Shown in pieces: positions 34,849 through 47,373 of a stretch of 64,000 bases of DNA. The first letter of the stretch is position 1. Each line of letters opens with the position of its first letter. This DNA is from an uncultured Nitrososphaerales archaeon. Its GTDB lineage: Archaea; Thermoproteota; Nitrososphaeria; Nitrososphaerales; Nitrososphaeraceae. The stretch spans positions 928,001 through 992,000 of the forward strand of contig CAVQMO010000010.1 in the NCBI GenBank assembly GCA_963713605.1, in the 5' to 3' direction. Below the pieces are notes generated by a model, which was given only the letters and a program-made list of their open reading frames with translations, ran no database searches and was not told the origin of the DNA. The position numbers were made by a program, and so were the translations under genes.

Positions 34849-35908
34849 ATGAAAATTATGATTCATCAGCTCAGAGAACAAGATCTCGCGGAAGCAGATC
34901 GTATCTTCAGGTTGGCGTTTGGTACTTTCTTCGGACTTCCGGATCCCATGAGTTTCGCTGGGGATGCCGACTACGTAAGAACACGTTATTACGCTGACCC
35001 CTCTTCCGCCTATGGAGCAACGATTGTTGATAATAATGGAAGAAGTACGTAGTAATGGTAATGATAGTCGAAAACTCATAGGCTCAAATTTTATCGCTAA
35101 TTGGGGTAGCGTTGGATTCTTTGGACCACTTACTGTACATCCAGATTATTGGGACAAGGGCGTCGCTAGATCCCTGATGGAACCAACAATGCAACTTTTT
35201 TCTGAATGGAATACAAAATATTCTGGTCTCTTCACGTTTGCGCACAGCCCAAAACACTTATCCCTATATCAGAAGTATGGGTTCTGGCCATATTTTCTTA
35301 CAGCGGTTATGTCAAAGGTAGTTAGTCCGAGTATAGCTAAGAGCGTTAATAACGAGAGCCTACAATGGTCAAAGTATGCGGATGTATCTAATAGGGAGAA
35401 TGGAGGTGACGAATATTTAGTTAATGATTGCCATAGATTAACAACCGCTATTTACGATGGATTGGACTTAAGAGTTGAAATCATGTCTGTCATTAGGCAA
35501 AAGCTTGGAGATATAGTGTTGATTTGGGATCTTGATTCTAGTAATAATACTACTAGTAATAATAGAGACATCGCAGGATTTGCAATATGTCATTGCGGCA
35601 AGGGAACGGAGGCTGGTAGTAATACTTGCTACATCAAATTTGCTGCTGTTCGGCCGCCACCAACATCGGATAATGATGCTATATTTGTTGCTGATAACTT
35701 TGATAGATTAATTGATGCGTGCACGAGTTTTGCATCACATCAAGGGCTGTCCCGTCTGGTGGCCGGTGTCAACACAAGTCGTCTGCTAGCATATCGAAAG
35801 ATGTTATCAAAAGGATTTCGTATCGATATGTTAGGTATTACAATGCACAATGGAGTTGATGTCGGCTACAACAGGCCTGATGTATATGCTATTGATGACT
35901 GGCGATAA
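34849..35908 (+). CDS. GNAT family N-acetyltransferase; frameshift near 35040
   Basis: ADRIFRLAFGTF; GPLTVHPDYWDKGVARSLM; LYQKYGF. Confidence 0.85.
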
Positions 35909-36405
35909 GTAATTCATGGATCTGATTGCAAAATGTGCAAAACACGAAGTTCAACGATGCGTTCATGGGTTCTTCTTGTGCACCTACTGTGATAGGAGAG
36001 TTTTTTACATTTTCCATGGTTTTACATTTTGGTTATTATTATTGAGATTTGTATCGATCACATGTTATGTTCTATGTTGTAGCCTGCCCTCTAACCATGT
36101 CATATTCCTGTCGCTTCTATCTGTAAGTTCGCTACATAAACAATGATGTGAAAGCCTTATCTTTCCATTCTGTAAGACTGGCTGGTAATTGGGGAGATGG
36201 ATTTCATGTCCACTAGTTGGTTCGATAATGGTTTAGAACGGTCGTATTGTAATATATGGCTACCCCAGGTGTGAAGTATCTTGATATCATTTGAGGTGAA
36301 TAAACCTGACTCATTTTACCATCCCTATGCCAGCCGAAGCTCTATGAAAGAAAATCAATAGATTTACTCGATAGCTTTAAGAGGTTGAATTATGAAAATT
36401 AGCAT

Positions 36406-36873
36406 ATGGCAAATAGCAATTATGATGCAGCTGACATTGGAGAAGGTTCCTCGGCCAGTAGAAAGGACGAGATAATTAAAGGTCTAAATGAAGATCTCGC
36501 AAGAGAATACAAGGCAATTATTCAGTATGTGGTCTATAGTTCTACACTAAAGGGTGCGGAATATAGTGATATTGCAGAGCAGCTAAAAAAACACGCTTCG
36601 CAAGAGCTTGCACACGCATTAGAAGTAGCTAGACAGATTGACTATCTTGGAGGAGATCCGACTATGAAGGGAAAGGAGGCCGAATATTCACAGGATTCAA
36701 AGACAATGTTAGAATTAGATCTTAAAGCTGAGCAAGAAACTATCAAGAACTACAGGGAGAGAATTAGACAGGCAGAACGCTCAGGTGAATTTGCTCTCTC
36801 GGAGGCTTTAAGAGATATTATCAGGCAAGAACAAGACCATGAAATTGATTTAAAAGATGCTCTCGGATTGTGA
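36406..36873 (+). CDS. Ferritin-like (bacterioferritin-type) protein
   Basis: E...QY, ELAHA, LGGDP, EQETI, EQDH. Confidence 0.85.
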   Translation: MANSNYDAADIGEGSSASRKDEIIKGLNEDLAREYKAIIQYVVYSSTLKGAEYSDIAEQLKKHASQELAHALEVARQIDYLGGDPTMKGKEAEYSQDSKTMLELDLKAEQETIKNYRERIRQAERSGEFALSEALRDIIRQEQDHEIDLKDALGL

Positions 36874-37205
36874 TGATTACTAATCAATTTCATCAAGAAT
36901 TAATTTTGATAGGCCATACCCTTCTTTCTATTACCGCTATCTAGATGATAAAAGCAAGAACAAATTAGGATTGTAATATTTATTCGTCCTTGCATTCAAC
37001 ATCGCAATCTATCCCAACTTGGAGATCAGTCGAAGATAGAGAATACTGTACTCCCCACTGAAGTCATCATTATCATCATACATATTTTTTGTTAAGGATT
37101 TCGGGCGGTCAAGCGTCTCCAACTGAATTCTGGATAAACTTTTTCACATAACGAATCCTATTTCCAAAATAGAAAATAACTTGAAAATTACTTCAGCTCT
37201 ATCAG

Positions 37206-38385
37206 CTACCATAATCTAAAGATCCTATGATGAGGATGGTCTCTTAGATCAAGAACTATCTGAAGCGCACATATAAATGCCAAAATAGACATCAGAACCA
37301 CTGGAAGTAAGTACAAGCCTAGAATTGCTAGAGAAACTACAACAATGGCAGAGATAATCCTATACGTGGCCCATTTTTTTCTTGTCTTGGGTTCAACATC
37401 AGAATCTTCTACTGCTACGAGATGAAGTATAGCCTGAACTAGTAAACAGCATGATACCGAACCACAAATAAGCCAAAGATCTGAAAAGGGTAACGGGATT
37501 TCTTGGTTGCTTGATGCGACTTGTTTTATGCCAATCCCAATTGCCGCAAGCCCAACCACTAGAGGGAAGTGAATATACAGCCAAATATAGTATATTCCTC
37601 TTTTACCTTTTTCAGTAGCTGCTCTTATGGCAGAGCCTCCTACGTTGTCAAAGTATATCCACCACAGACTAAATGGAATACTTAGTCCTAGACCTACTGA
37701 CAAAGTTGAATAAATATCCCATTCATGACCAGCAAGACCAGCAACTACTCCTAATATTGATTCCCCTAGTACGATAATAACAAAAAGTCCCATACGTTCT
37801 GGTAAATGGGATATATTCGGTGCGAACTTGATGGCTAATTGGCCAGCTAAAAATGGCGTTATGAAATCTATGGTCAAGCCTATTCCCCATAAAATGAATC
37901 GTAAGGGTGGTGGTACAAACGCTGACACTACCCATATTGCAGCGGAAGATGCAAAGCAAATCGAGTACTTTTCTGTCAAGGGTCGCGCAAGGGGAATGCG
38001 CCGTCCAATACGAACATACTCTATAACTAAAAGAGATCTAATAGCCGCATATGAAAGGGCAAAACCAGCAGAGGTTTCACCAAGTCCATGTGTAACACTT
38101 ACAGCCATGGCGGTCTGCTTCCATCATCTGTAGTAAAGTCAATATTCTATGCGCCAGATCGTCAGTGCCAAATCTTGAAGCAAAAAAAGTAGCCCCAATC
38201 CATGCGAACCATACAGGAATGAAAAGTGCAATAAAGCTAAGTACGCCTGTCCAAGAAATATCGTGACTTAGATTTTCTGATAATTGCGATACTACTGCTA
38301 CAAAAACTAGATCATGGAATAGCTCAAGCCATGAAGCATGACGTTCCTTTTCTTCTTTTCGCTCAGCATTACCAGAATTCTTCAT
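37206..38385 (-). CDS. ltrA: Low temperature requirement protein A; frameshift near 38120
   Basis: RHASWLELFHDLVFVA, HLPERMGLFVIIVLGES, WWIYFD, YIHFPL. Confidence 0.85.
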
Positions 38386-38574
38386 TTTTATTGAATATCT
38401 AAAAATACTTTTTTGATTCGAATAAGGTATATACCTCTTGCATAAGTCTCTTCGCATGAATATAAAATTAATCAAGTCTAGACCATCCATTCGGTTGGCT
38501 GGAACAGCTAGAGAATTTTGGGAGTAGTGATCAAGGCTTAGGCTATTGTGTGAATCCCGACTCTGTTAATTCCT

Positions 38575-39042
38575 TTAATCTTGATACTCATCCACTAACA
38601 TTTTTGTTGGCAAACCATCAATCACATGCCAGGTTTCCACCATCTTACTATTTTGAATGCGGTATATACTTATGCCCCTATAGTTGATTATTTTTTCTGC
38701 TTGTTGATTGTTTGAGGTTGTTTTTGGTATCAATGTTCCCTTCCAATATGTGCCTACAAGATCCGGATAGGCTGCTGACGCAATCATTTCCTCCACTACA
38801 TAATTCAAGTCATCTAATCTATCCAAAGAATACTTAAGGTCATTTTTTGCTCCAGCAATTCCTTTTCCAGGAGAGCCCATGTAAGCAGATTGGCCATGGT
38901 CGACGTAATCAGAAGATATTATTTCATCAAGTATCGTTTCATTTTTATTATTATATGCTTCAAAATAGCGTTGAATAATTGACTTATTCAATTCAATTTG
39001 GGACATTATGTCATTAATATTCACACTGATGAATTCAACCAT
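38575..39042 (-). CDS. SnoaL-like ester cyclase (true start may be near 39006)
   Basis: NKSIIQRYFE...YVDH...GISIYRIQNSKMVETW. Confidence 0.8.
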   Translation of the reverse strand: MVEFISVNINDIMSQIELNKSIIQRYFEAYNNKNETILDEIISSDYVDHGQSAYMGSPGKGIAGAKNDLKYSLDRLDDLNYVVEEMIASAAYPDLVGTYWKGTLIPKTTSNNQQAEKIINYRGISIYRIQNSKMVETWHVIDGLPTKMLVDEYQD

Positions 39043-39604
39043 GTATTATTAAAGTTAGTGGTTACACCTGGAATCCAAGCTCAAAGTTATCTATGATCGC
39101 GAGCACTATGAAGAGTAAAGTTCTGTGCAGTACCAGGTTTTATTGAAGTCGACAATGTTATCGCAGGCATAATCACATAATAGGATCGTAGTATATATGC
39201 ATGATAGTTGTCCCATCCAATCGATATAGTACAAAATAATCAATATGCTGAAAGATAATGTGATATTCGGTCTTTTTTATGCCTCTTGTCTGCTCCAGAC
39301 TTGGGCCCCACTTGGTATTTTTTTACCGATAACATGTATCTCAATTCTCGCACATACGTCTGAACATCATATCATCACATGCTGAAAATTAGCATTGCTT
39401 CTGCTTAGAGCTAGACTTAGAAACTCCGCTCTTTTCAGATGCCTTGACTGTTCAAATATGGCTGGAATAGAAGCCTATATTCCTTTGCAGATCTCTAGTT
39501 ATTGTAGTAACATTAAAAACTAAAAAACTCCTTGTTCACATTACTACTACTTGTCATTATTATTACTATTATTTCCTTTGAGTGCCCATTTGAATTGTCA
39601 CTAA

Positions 39605-39925
39605 TTATTGGTGCTTTCTAATTAGTATGCTATCACCCTCAACCTTGACATCGTATGTGGGTTCTGGCTCGTTAGCGGGAGGATTTGTTACCTTGCCTGA
39701 CCTAACATCAAATTTGGAACCATGCCAAGGACATTCAACTTCATAACCCTCAAGCGAGCCATCTGCAAGGGGGCCACCCTCATGAGTACAAACGTTTCCA
39801 ATTGCGTAATATTTTCCATCGACGTTAGCAATACATACACTCCCCTCGCCTTCTAGGTCGACTTTCAGCATACTAGATGATTGGACGTCTTTTGTCTCTG
39901 CAACTTTTACAAAATCGTTATTCAA
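39605..39925 (-). CDS. Rieske [2Fe-2S] ferredoxin (non-heme iron oxygenase ferredoxin type)
   Basis: CTH...CPWH, FDVRSG. Confidence 0.9.
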   Translation of the reverse strand: MNNDFVKVAETKDVQSSSMLKVDLEGEGSVCIANVDGKYYAIGNVCTHEGGPLADGSLEGYEVECPWHGSKFDVRSGKVTNPPANEPEPTYDVKVEGDSILIRKHQ

Positions 39926-40106
39926 ATCTTACACCTCTCACATAATTAGAATAGGGGCCAAATGTTATATTGTTTTCTTTAATGCAGAGTAACTGAGTGA
40001 CTTGCTGAGGTCATCTAATCTGTCGTAATTTCTCTTCTAAGTCATTCTAGATTACTCTATTTTCATGAATAGAGTGTCAATTTTGTCAGTTGGTAGGCAA
40101 ACAAGA

Positions 40107-40289
40107 TTATGACTGCGTCAGATCCTGACTAGATATTTCCTGTAATCCTTTAAACCATACTGGCCCAATATTAGGATCCCCTTCGTCATCGATAGTACCT
40201 AATTGCAATATCAGTCTATTTTCGAGGAATCTATCAACCTCTTCTTTACCCATAGAAGAAGTACCATTAATCGGGCTAATGACTTTCAA
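40107..40289 (-). pseudogene. N-terminal fragment of a pyridoxamine 5'-phosphate oxidase-like protein
   Basis: EEVDRFLE...LQLGTIDDEGDPNIGPVWF, then truncation. Confidence 0.65.
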
Positions 40290-40303
40290 TTATTCCCCCT
40301 TTT

Positions 40304-40774
40304 TCATATTGTAATTTTTATCCTATCTCCTTCAACCAGGACTTCATAGAGATGTTGATCGTATGTCTTGATAAAAGACATTAGTTGACCCGCATGTTCA
40401 AGATATTTTTGCCACGTTTTTGGAAGAGGTTCCATCTGCTGTGATGGTGTTAGAATAGGTTCCTTTACTTTCTTTCCTGTAGTAGCATCAAATCTCGCTC
40501 CATGGAAAGGACATGTTACAATACCGTCATTTGAAATACTTCCCATCGAGAGTCGTTCATTCATATGTCCACATCTATCATCAATTGCATAAAATTTACC
40601 GCCTATATTCGAAATCACTATTTTTTTTCCTTGCACTTCTACATATTTCATCTTTCCAACAGAGATTTCTTCTACCTTCCCAACTTCAACGAATCGCTGT
40701 TTTTGATGTTGTTTTTCGTTGAAATTACCAACATTATTTTCGGAAATCATCTTGTTATTATATTTTACTTGCAT
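40304..40774 (-). CDS. Rieske [2Fe-2S] protein with an internal insertion
   Basis: CGH...CPFH, FDATTG. Confidence 0.85.
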   Translation of the reverse strand: MQVKYNNKMISENNVGNFNEKQHQKQRFVEVGKVEEISVGKMKYVEVQGKKIVISNIGGKFYAIDDRCGHMNERLSMGSISNDGIVTCPFHGARFDATTGKKVKEPILTPSQQMEPLPKTWQKYLEHAGQLMSFIKTYDQHLYEVLVEGDRIKITI

Positions 40775-41974
40775 TATCTATTAAATATGTTAGTAATACT
40801 TCGCAGAGTTAGTATTGTGTGAATTACTTAGCAAATTGCAAATTACTAGCCATTTTTAATACTAACATTAACTTCAAAACTTAGGAAGTGCTCGAGTTTA
40901 GTATCTAATCGAGGTGATGTGAATTCGTATTTTAATTATTGGCGCTCTAATCCTTGCCTATCCCAGTTGGCACAGGTTGGAGCCGCCTGATAAGGTACTT
41001 TGCAAAAAAGATAGTAAGACATCGTCAGGGGAGTTCGCTTTACGCACTACATCATATGGCAACAAGAATTATCACCCATCCCGGCGTGGTAAAACGCTTC
41101 TGATGGTTGAATTGGATATTCCTTAAAGCCCTGAGGCTCGGGATACGCATAGGCATAAAATACTGGTTCATAAAAACGGACAAGATTGGAAAAGATAATT
41201 CAATCACTTCGCAGTCAACAACAACAACAACCGCAGGAAGAGGGAACACAGGTCGCAGATCCTATCAAGGACGGTGTAATGTACGGATAGATATTGCAAC
41301 TGCAAATAACTTAATTGAAAGATGTATCGCCCTTAGACATGTCATGCGAGTTTGTAGGCATTGATCAATTGCTCAAGTGTCGTACACTTCGGCCTATTGC
41401 ACTATATAATGAATGCAGGAAGAAGGAAACTTGTAAGCTACAGGTTAACATGCCTGCAAACATTAAGCCGATTTTGGTTGCCTACCCTTTATTTTGTATC
41501 AGTTGATACATATACTCCATTAATTATGTTAAAAAGCTTTTTAATTAAAGCTAAGATCGGAAGCAGCTTACCAACCTACCAAAGATTTTTGTCAGACGAT
41601 ATATGTTAGAGTATTATCAATATTATTTACACACCGTATTATAAAAGTGAATCTAGAGTGCTAAACCACTTATGTCAAATCAGTTATCAAAAAGAGATTG
41701 GACAATGAATACTGGGACATGTCGAATTTGGGCCACTGGTCAACCCTTTAGATTGAGTTTCCGATCAAAATACATTTACTGAGAATTCTTACCCAGCTTG
41801 ACTTACAATAAAAAGTATTTATCATGGCATAAAGATAAGCATGTATGTATTTGGCTGATATAACTATGCCAATTTATCAATATAAATATCAATATAAATA
41901 TCAATATGCTTTTCTGGAGGCACATTTTTGGTGTTTAATAGTATTTCGTAAATCAATAATAAAACGAAAATAGA

Positions 41975-43346
41975 ATGAATATGTTTGCTAACGGAAACAA
42001 ATCTACGATGAATCGAGTCAATATTATTGCATTAGTAATCGGCATGACATTGATAGTTTCTGTTACCATTGGTTTTACAATACATTTCAATGGTCTTGGC
42101 CTTAATCAAGCTTGGTCAGTACAACAACAACAAAAAGATAAAGGGCTTGTCGTAGGTGGTGTTCATTCACCAGAATTTCAATCTGAGAAAAACTATACTA
42201 ATATGAAGAATGCTGTCCAAACCGGAATAACTCATCCTGTAATAACGGGTGGAGAAATGGTAATAACGGGTGGAGAAATGGTAGAAAATCATAATAAAAC
42301 TACAATGAAGCTTAATGCTACTCAATTCCAGCAAATCGACAAGACACAGTTTATGAAGGCTCCTGAATTTGCTCAAATCAGTGGCTATATAAACACACCT
42401 GAGAACAGCCCACTTACACTTTCATCTCTTAAAGGAAAAGTGGTGTTAGTATACATTTGGACTTATACATGCATTAATTCGATTCGTCCAATGCCGTATA
42501 TCCATGACTGGAATCAAAAATATTCTAATAATGACCTAGTTGTGGTTGGTGTTCATTCACCGGAATTTCAATTCGAGAAAAACTATACTAATGTGAAGGA
42601 TGCGGTCCAACGGTTTGGAATAAAATATCCTGTAGTACTAGACAGTGATCATGGAACTTGGAACGCATATCGAAATAATTATTGGCCCAGATATTACTTG
42701 ATTGATGCTCAAGGATATATAAGATATGATCACATTGGTGAAGGTGACTATAATCAAATAGAGAAATCAATTCAGTCTCTATTGGCTGAACGTGCTCGCT
42801 TTGATGGGCGCAAACGAAATAAGTTTCAATGCGGAACCTGCCACAGTAATTAACCCAGGAAGTTTGTATTATGTAGATCTAAGACAGAACACAACACCAG
42901 AAATTTACATAGGGTATAATACAGCCAGAAATCCACTTGGAAATCCTGAAGGCTTTAAACCGGATCAGACAGTTTCATATTCAATCCCATCAACTACAAA
43001 TTTTAGTCCTCACATTGCATATCTTCAAGGCAAGTGGAAAAACAATCCTGATAATATGGAATTGAAAAGTGATACTGGGCGCATTGTCTTGACATATTAT
43101 GGAAAGTCTGTAAACATAATAGCGGGAGGAAAGGGTGGAGGAGTTGTTTCTAATGACGAAGCAGGAGCAGCCACAGCACTAACATCAAACAATTCACTGG
43201 GGGAGGACCTATCACCCGATGGTAGTTTTAGAATTGACGGACAAAGGTTGTATAATTTAGCTATACACAACAACTACACTGCTCATAGTATTGTAATTGA
43301 TGTTAAGGGAAAAGGCTTTCAGTTCTATACCTTTACCTTCGGATAG
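41975..43346 (+). CDS. Membrane-anchored DipZ-like redoxin with C-terminal beta domain; frameshift near 42800
   Basis: LKGKVVLVYIWTYTCINS, GVHSPEF, NNYWP, HIGEG, TPEIYIG, QRLYNL, YTFTFG. Confidence 0.85.
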
Positions 43347-43576
43347 ATAGCGGAGATGATACTAAAGTAGGCTTCTGTCCTCTTAGTTGGAACTTGGATA
43401 GACCGTTTTACTTGTTGAAAAATCAAGGTTTGCTTTTCCATAGTAAGTGACATATTATGCGAAAAAATAAGCCTTGTTAAGCGAGTTAAGTTGAAAGTCA
43501 ACGACAGCGTTAACTGCGCAACCTGAAAAACTTTTTTTACTTTCGATGGGAAATGCTTCATAACAGGTTAAAGACT

Positions 43577-44677
43577 ATGGTTGAAAATAGCAACAATAAG
43601 CAAGAATTATTTGACCTAATAGTTATTGGAACGGGTAATGCGGCATCTGTTGCCGCATCCCAATGCAGTTCTGCGGGACCTTATAGGGAAAGTGGCTGTA
43701 ATTGATTCATTACCCTTTGGAGGTACTTGTGCATTGCGTGGATGTGAACCTAAGAAAGTCTTTGTCGAGGCAGCAAAAGTGATTGATTCAAACAAAAGAC
43801 ATAAAGATAAAGGGATTGTGGGTTCTGAAAAACTGCACATTAAATGGTCTGAACTAATTCGCTTTAAGAGAACTTTTACTGAATCTTATCCAAAGCATAG
43901 AGAGGAAGTTTATAAAAAAGCTGGAATTACTGCTTTTCATGGTCATGCGAAATTCATTGGTTCAACCACATTAACCGTAAAGTCTAAAGTAAACGATACT
44001 GAAAGTGGAGATACCACTCTTAATGCCAAACATATACTAATAGCAACTGGAGCCAAACCTATGAAGTTGAATATCCCAGGAGAAGAATATGTTATAACAA
44101 GCGATCAATTTTTGGAATATACGGGCGAGCGTTTGCCTGACAAAATTGTGTTTGTAGAGGGAGGATATATATCATTTGAGTTCGCACATGTGGCTGCTTG
44201 TGCAGGAGCAAAAGTAATCATACTGCATCGTGGCAAGCGACCACTAGAGCACTTTGACCCAGATCTTGTCAACCAGTTGATGCAGAGGAGTAGAGATATG
44301 GGAATTGATTTTTATCTAGAGTCAGAAGTGGAAAGAATCAAGAGATCATCTGATGACCTTTATTCAGTGCAAATTTCTATTATTTCTCCTAACTCAAACT
44401 CACAACCAAGCTCAAATGTATTAGAGGCTAATATGGTAGTTCATGGTGCAGGTAGGCAGGCGAATGTTGATGAACTAGATCTTGCGTCAGCAGGAATTGA
44501 GTATACTAGCCGCGGTATTAGGGTAAATGAATATTTACAAAGTGTTTCGAATCACTCCGTTTATGCAGCGGGTGATGAGCGGCTAGTGATGGCTTTCCGT
44601 TGACTCCAACAGCAACGTATGACGGAAGCATAGCGGCAACCAATCTAATTAATGGAAATACTGTCAGGGTTGCCTAG
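43577..44677 (+). pseudogene. Pyridine nucleotide-disulfide oxidoreductase (glutathione reductase/dihydrolipoamide dehydrogenase family); frameshifted and lacking the dimerisation domain
   Basis: FDLIVIG, GGTCALRGCEPKK, IATG, YAAGD, PLTP; stops at ...NGNTVRVA*. Confidence 0.8.
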
Positions 44678-45211
44678 TATAGATGTATTCTTTTCGGTAA
44701 TCTAATGACACGGGGATCCTTCAAGTAAGGAAACTCTCCTTTTGAAATCTGGATCCAATATTATTGACGAATTGAAATTTTTTAAGTATTGGATATCAAT
44801 TCTGATCTTAGGATTCTTTTCATACCATTTATCTCGTTGCAACTATTGTAGGGAAGAGTGGTCCGAATATTGGATTAGTTACAGGTACATATTTTCTTCA
44901 ATAATAAACCGGCATCAACAGAAACGCTCGATAGCATAACTTAACAGAAGTTCCTTGGTCAAAGAATAGTGAGGGAATCCGTATTTTCCATTTATGCATA
45001 TAAACTTACGAAGAACGGGTTCAAGAAGAGTTAGTACACGAAGACTTAATTCATCATGAAAATTGGAAAGGTGAAAATTTAATATTGCAGGATGAAATAG
45101 ATTAAACCATTGTTAATTGCAACAATTATCCTGTTCTCTAATCTAAATTGCTGCGGCAGGGAAAACCATATAACTTTTAGTCCCTTTCTATTTATATGAG
45201 AGGTGTCAGAA

Positions 45212-45526
45212 GTGAATAACAATTTTGTAAAGGTTGCTGAAACAAAAGACATTCAACCATCTACCATGAAAGCAGTTGATTCAGCTAGTGAAAAAGTTTG
45301 TATCGTTAATATCGAAGGAAATTATTATGCCATAGGAAATGTATGCACTCATGTTGGTGGGCCCTTGAATGAAGGGACCCTTGAAGGATACGAAGTTGAG
45401 TGTCCTTGGCATGGTTCCAAATTTGATGTTAGGACAGGCGAACCAACCAAGCCTCCTGCAAGGCAAGCAGTTCCAAAATATGAAGTAAAGGTAGAAGACA
45501 ATAACATACTACTGAGAAAGCAATAA
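45212..45526 (+). CDS. Rieske [2Fe-2S] ferredoxin, paralog of 39605-39925
   Basis: CTH...CPWH; the GTG start after GAGGTG matches the paralog start. Confidence 0.9.
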   Translation: MNNNFVKVAETKDIQPSTMKAVDSASEKVCIVNIEGNYYAIGNVCTHVGGPLNEGTLEGYEVECPWHGSKFDVRTGEPTKPPARQAVPKYEVKVEDNNILLRKQ

Positions 45527-45538
45527 TGATGAGAGATA

Positions 45539-46603
45539 ATGCAAACGAGCTACACGACGGAAGGAGTATCAGTGAAAAGTAGAAACAAGACGAGTAAAGG
45601 TGTTTTTGGAATACATCATGTTACTGCGATAACTAGCAATCCCCAGAAAAACATAGATTTCTACACCGGTGACTTGGGACTTAGGTTAGTAAAATTAACA
45701 GTAAATCAAGATGACCCAACTGCGTACCATCTTTATTATGGCGACGAACTAGGACGTCCAGGTACAATTCTTACTTTCTTCCACTGGCCAAATATTCCTA
45801 GAGGTCGCCGAGGAACCAGCCAAGTAATTGCTACAGCTTTTCTGATACCTGAGAATTCAATAAACTATTGGACAGATAGATTCGAAAGCAAACAGATAGA
45901 GTTTCAAGGGCCGTCCAAGCGTTTTGATGATGAACAAGTAATAACGCTATATGATCCTGATGGGTTGGAATTAGAACTTATAGCGCATAAATCTGCAGAA
46001 GATAGAAGTGATAACATATGGAAAGAGGGTCCCATACCGATTGAACATGCTATTAGAGGCTTTTATTCTGCAACTCTGTCGGAAGAAGGATACGAACGTA
46101 CTGCTTCTGTTTTGACTGATGAATTGGGATTTTTCCCTACACGTCAGGACGGTAGCCGCTTCCGTTATGAGATTCCTATTACAGAGAAGATATCTTCATC
46201 TATAGGCAAGGAAGAAGTAGGAGTTGGAGGAGCCAGGATTGTAGATGTTCTCTGTCTGCCTTATACACAACAGGCGCTTATAGGTATTGGATCAGTCCAT
46301 CATATAGCATTTCGTACTCCGACTAATGAACAACAAATGATCCTACGCCAAAATATAGTAAAAGCTCGATTAAATGCTACTCCTGTAATAGATCGATTCT
46401 ATTTTCATTCCGTCTATTTCCGTGAGCCTGGGGGAGTCCTTTTCGAAATTGCTACTAACCCTCCTGGATTTGCTGTTGATGAAAAGGTCGAAATGCTAGG
46501 CACACGTCTGGTTCTTCCTCCGTGGCTTGAATCTATGCGAAGCGATCTAGAGAAAATTTTGCCTCCTGTAAACTTCCCAAAAAGACAATTGAGGAACCAA
46601 TAA
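45539..46603 (+). CDS. Ring-cleaving dioxygenase, MhqO/MhqA family
   Basis: GIHHVTAI, LRLVKLTVNQDDP, YHLYYGD, HHIAFR, DRFYFHSVYFREPGGVLFEIAT. Confidence 0.9.
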   Translation: MQTSYTTEGVSVKSRNKTSKGVFGIHHVTAITSNPQKNIDFYTGDLGLRLVKLTVNQDDPTAYHLYYGDELGRPGTILTFFHWPNIPRGRRGTSQVIATAFLIPENSINYWTDRFESKQIEFQGPSKRFDDEQVITLYDPDGLELELIAHKSAEDRSDNIWKEGPIPIEHAIRGFYSATLSEEGYERTASVLTDELGFFPTRQDGSRFRYEIPITEKISSSIGKEEVGVGGARIVDVLCLPYTQQALIGIGSVHHIAFRTPTNEQQMILRQNIVKARLNATPVIDRFYFHSVYFREPGGVLFEIATNPPGFAVDEKVEMLGTRLVLPPWLESMRSDLEKILPPVNFPKRQLRNQ

Positions 46604-46657
46604 TTATGTTAGTGATTATGATGGTTTCTCTTTTTCTAGTAGGATCAAGAAAAGAAC

Positions 46658-47305
46658 TTGAACAATAAAAGCCAACTTGGATTCATTCATACATTTATCC
46701 CTTCAGATAGTAGTAGGACGGATGACGATTCGTTAAACTTATTATTGTTACATGGGACCGGAGGAGATGAAAATGATCTAATTTCCATAGCCAGGATGTT
46801 AGAAATTACGAATGCTTCAATTCTTAGCCCTCGTGGTAAGGTGCTAGAAAATGGTATGCCACGTTTCTTTCGTAGGTTGGCTGAAGGCGTTTTTGATATA
46901 GAGGATTTAAGATTTCGTACAAATGAATTAGCTGATTTTGTGCAGAAAGCATCAAAAACGTATACATTTGATTTGAATCGAACAATAGCTATAGGGTATT
47001 CTAATGGGGCTAATATAGCGGCAAGTATGCTCTTACTTCGTCCAGAGATTTTGTCTGGTGCTATTCTTTTTAGACCTATGATTCCTCTTGTTCCGGATAC
47101 CTTGCCTAATTTATCGAGTAAGTATGTTCTCATATCCGCTGGTTTAAATGATCCCATAGTTCAGAGATACCAGACCGAGGATCTTTTTGAACTTCTAAAG
47201 AAAGTTGAAGCTAAAGTGTCAATTCAATGGCAGAATAGTGGACATGAACTGACCCAGAGAGATATAAAAGCCGCTAAGGATTGGGTGACGACAACATTAT
47301 CGTAG
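46658..47305 (+). CDS. Phospholipase/carboxylesterase, MhqD-like
   Basis: LLHGTGGDE, RFFRRLAEGVFD, GYSNGANIA, GH. Confidence 0.9.
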   Translation: MNNKSQLGFIHTFIPSDSSRTDDDSLNLLLLHGTGGDENDLISIARMLEITNASILSPRGKVLENGMPRFFRRLAEGVFDIEDLRFRTNELADFVQKASKTYTFDLNRTIAIGYSNGANIAASMLLLRPEILSGAILFRPMIPLVPDTLPNLSSKYVLISAGLNDPIVQRYQTEDLFELLKKVEAKVSIQWQNSGHELTQRDIKAAKDWVTTTLS

Positions 47306-47373
47306 CAATCATATTCATTATAATTCAGCATAAAATTGATGCACAAAAAATCGCATGTCAAGTTAAGGATTCT

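Noticed and set aside
42139..42635. Redoxin internal duplication as a DGR template/variable repeat pair
   Set aside because: Mismatches are not adenine-specific and no reverse transcriptase is present.
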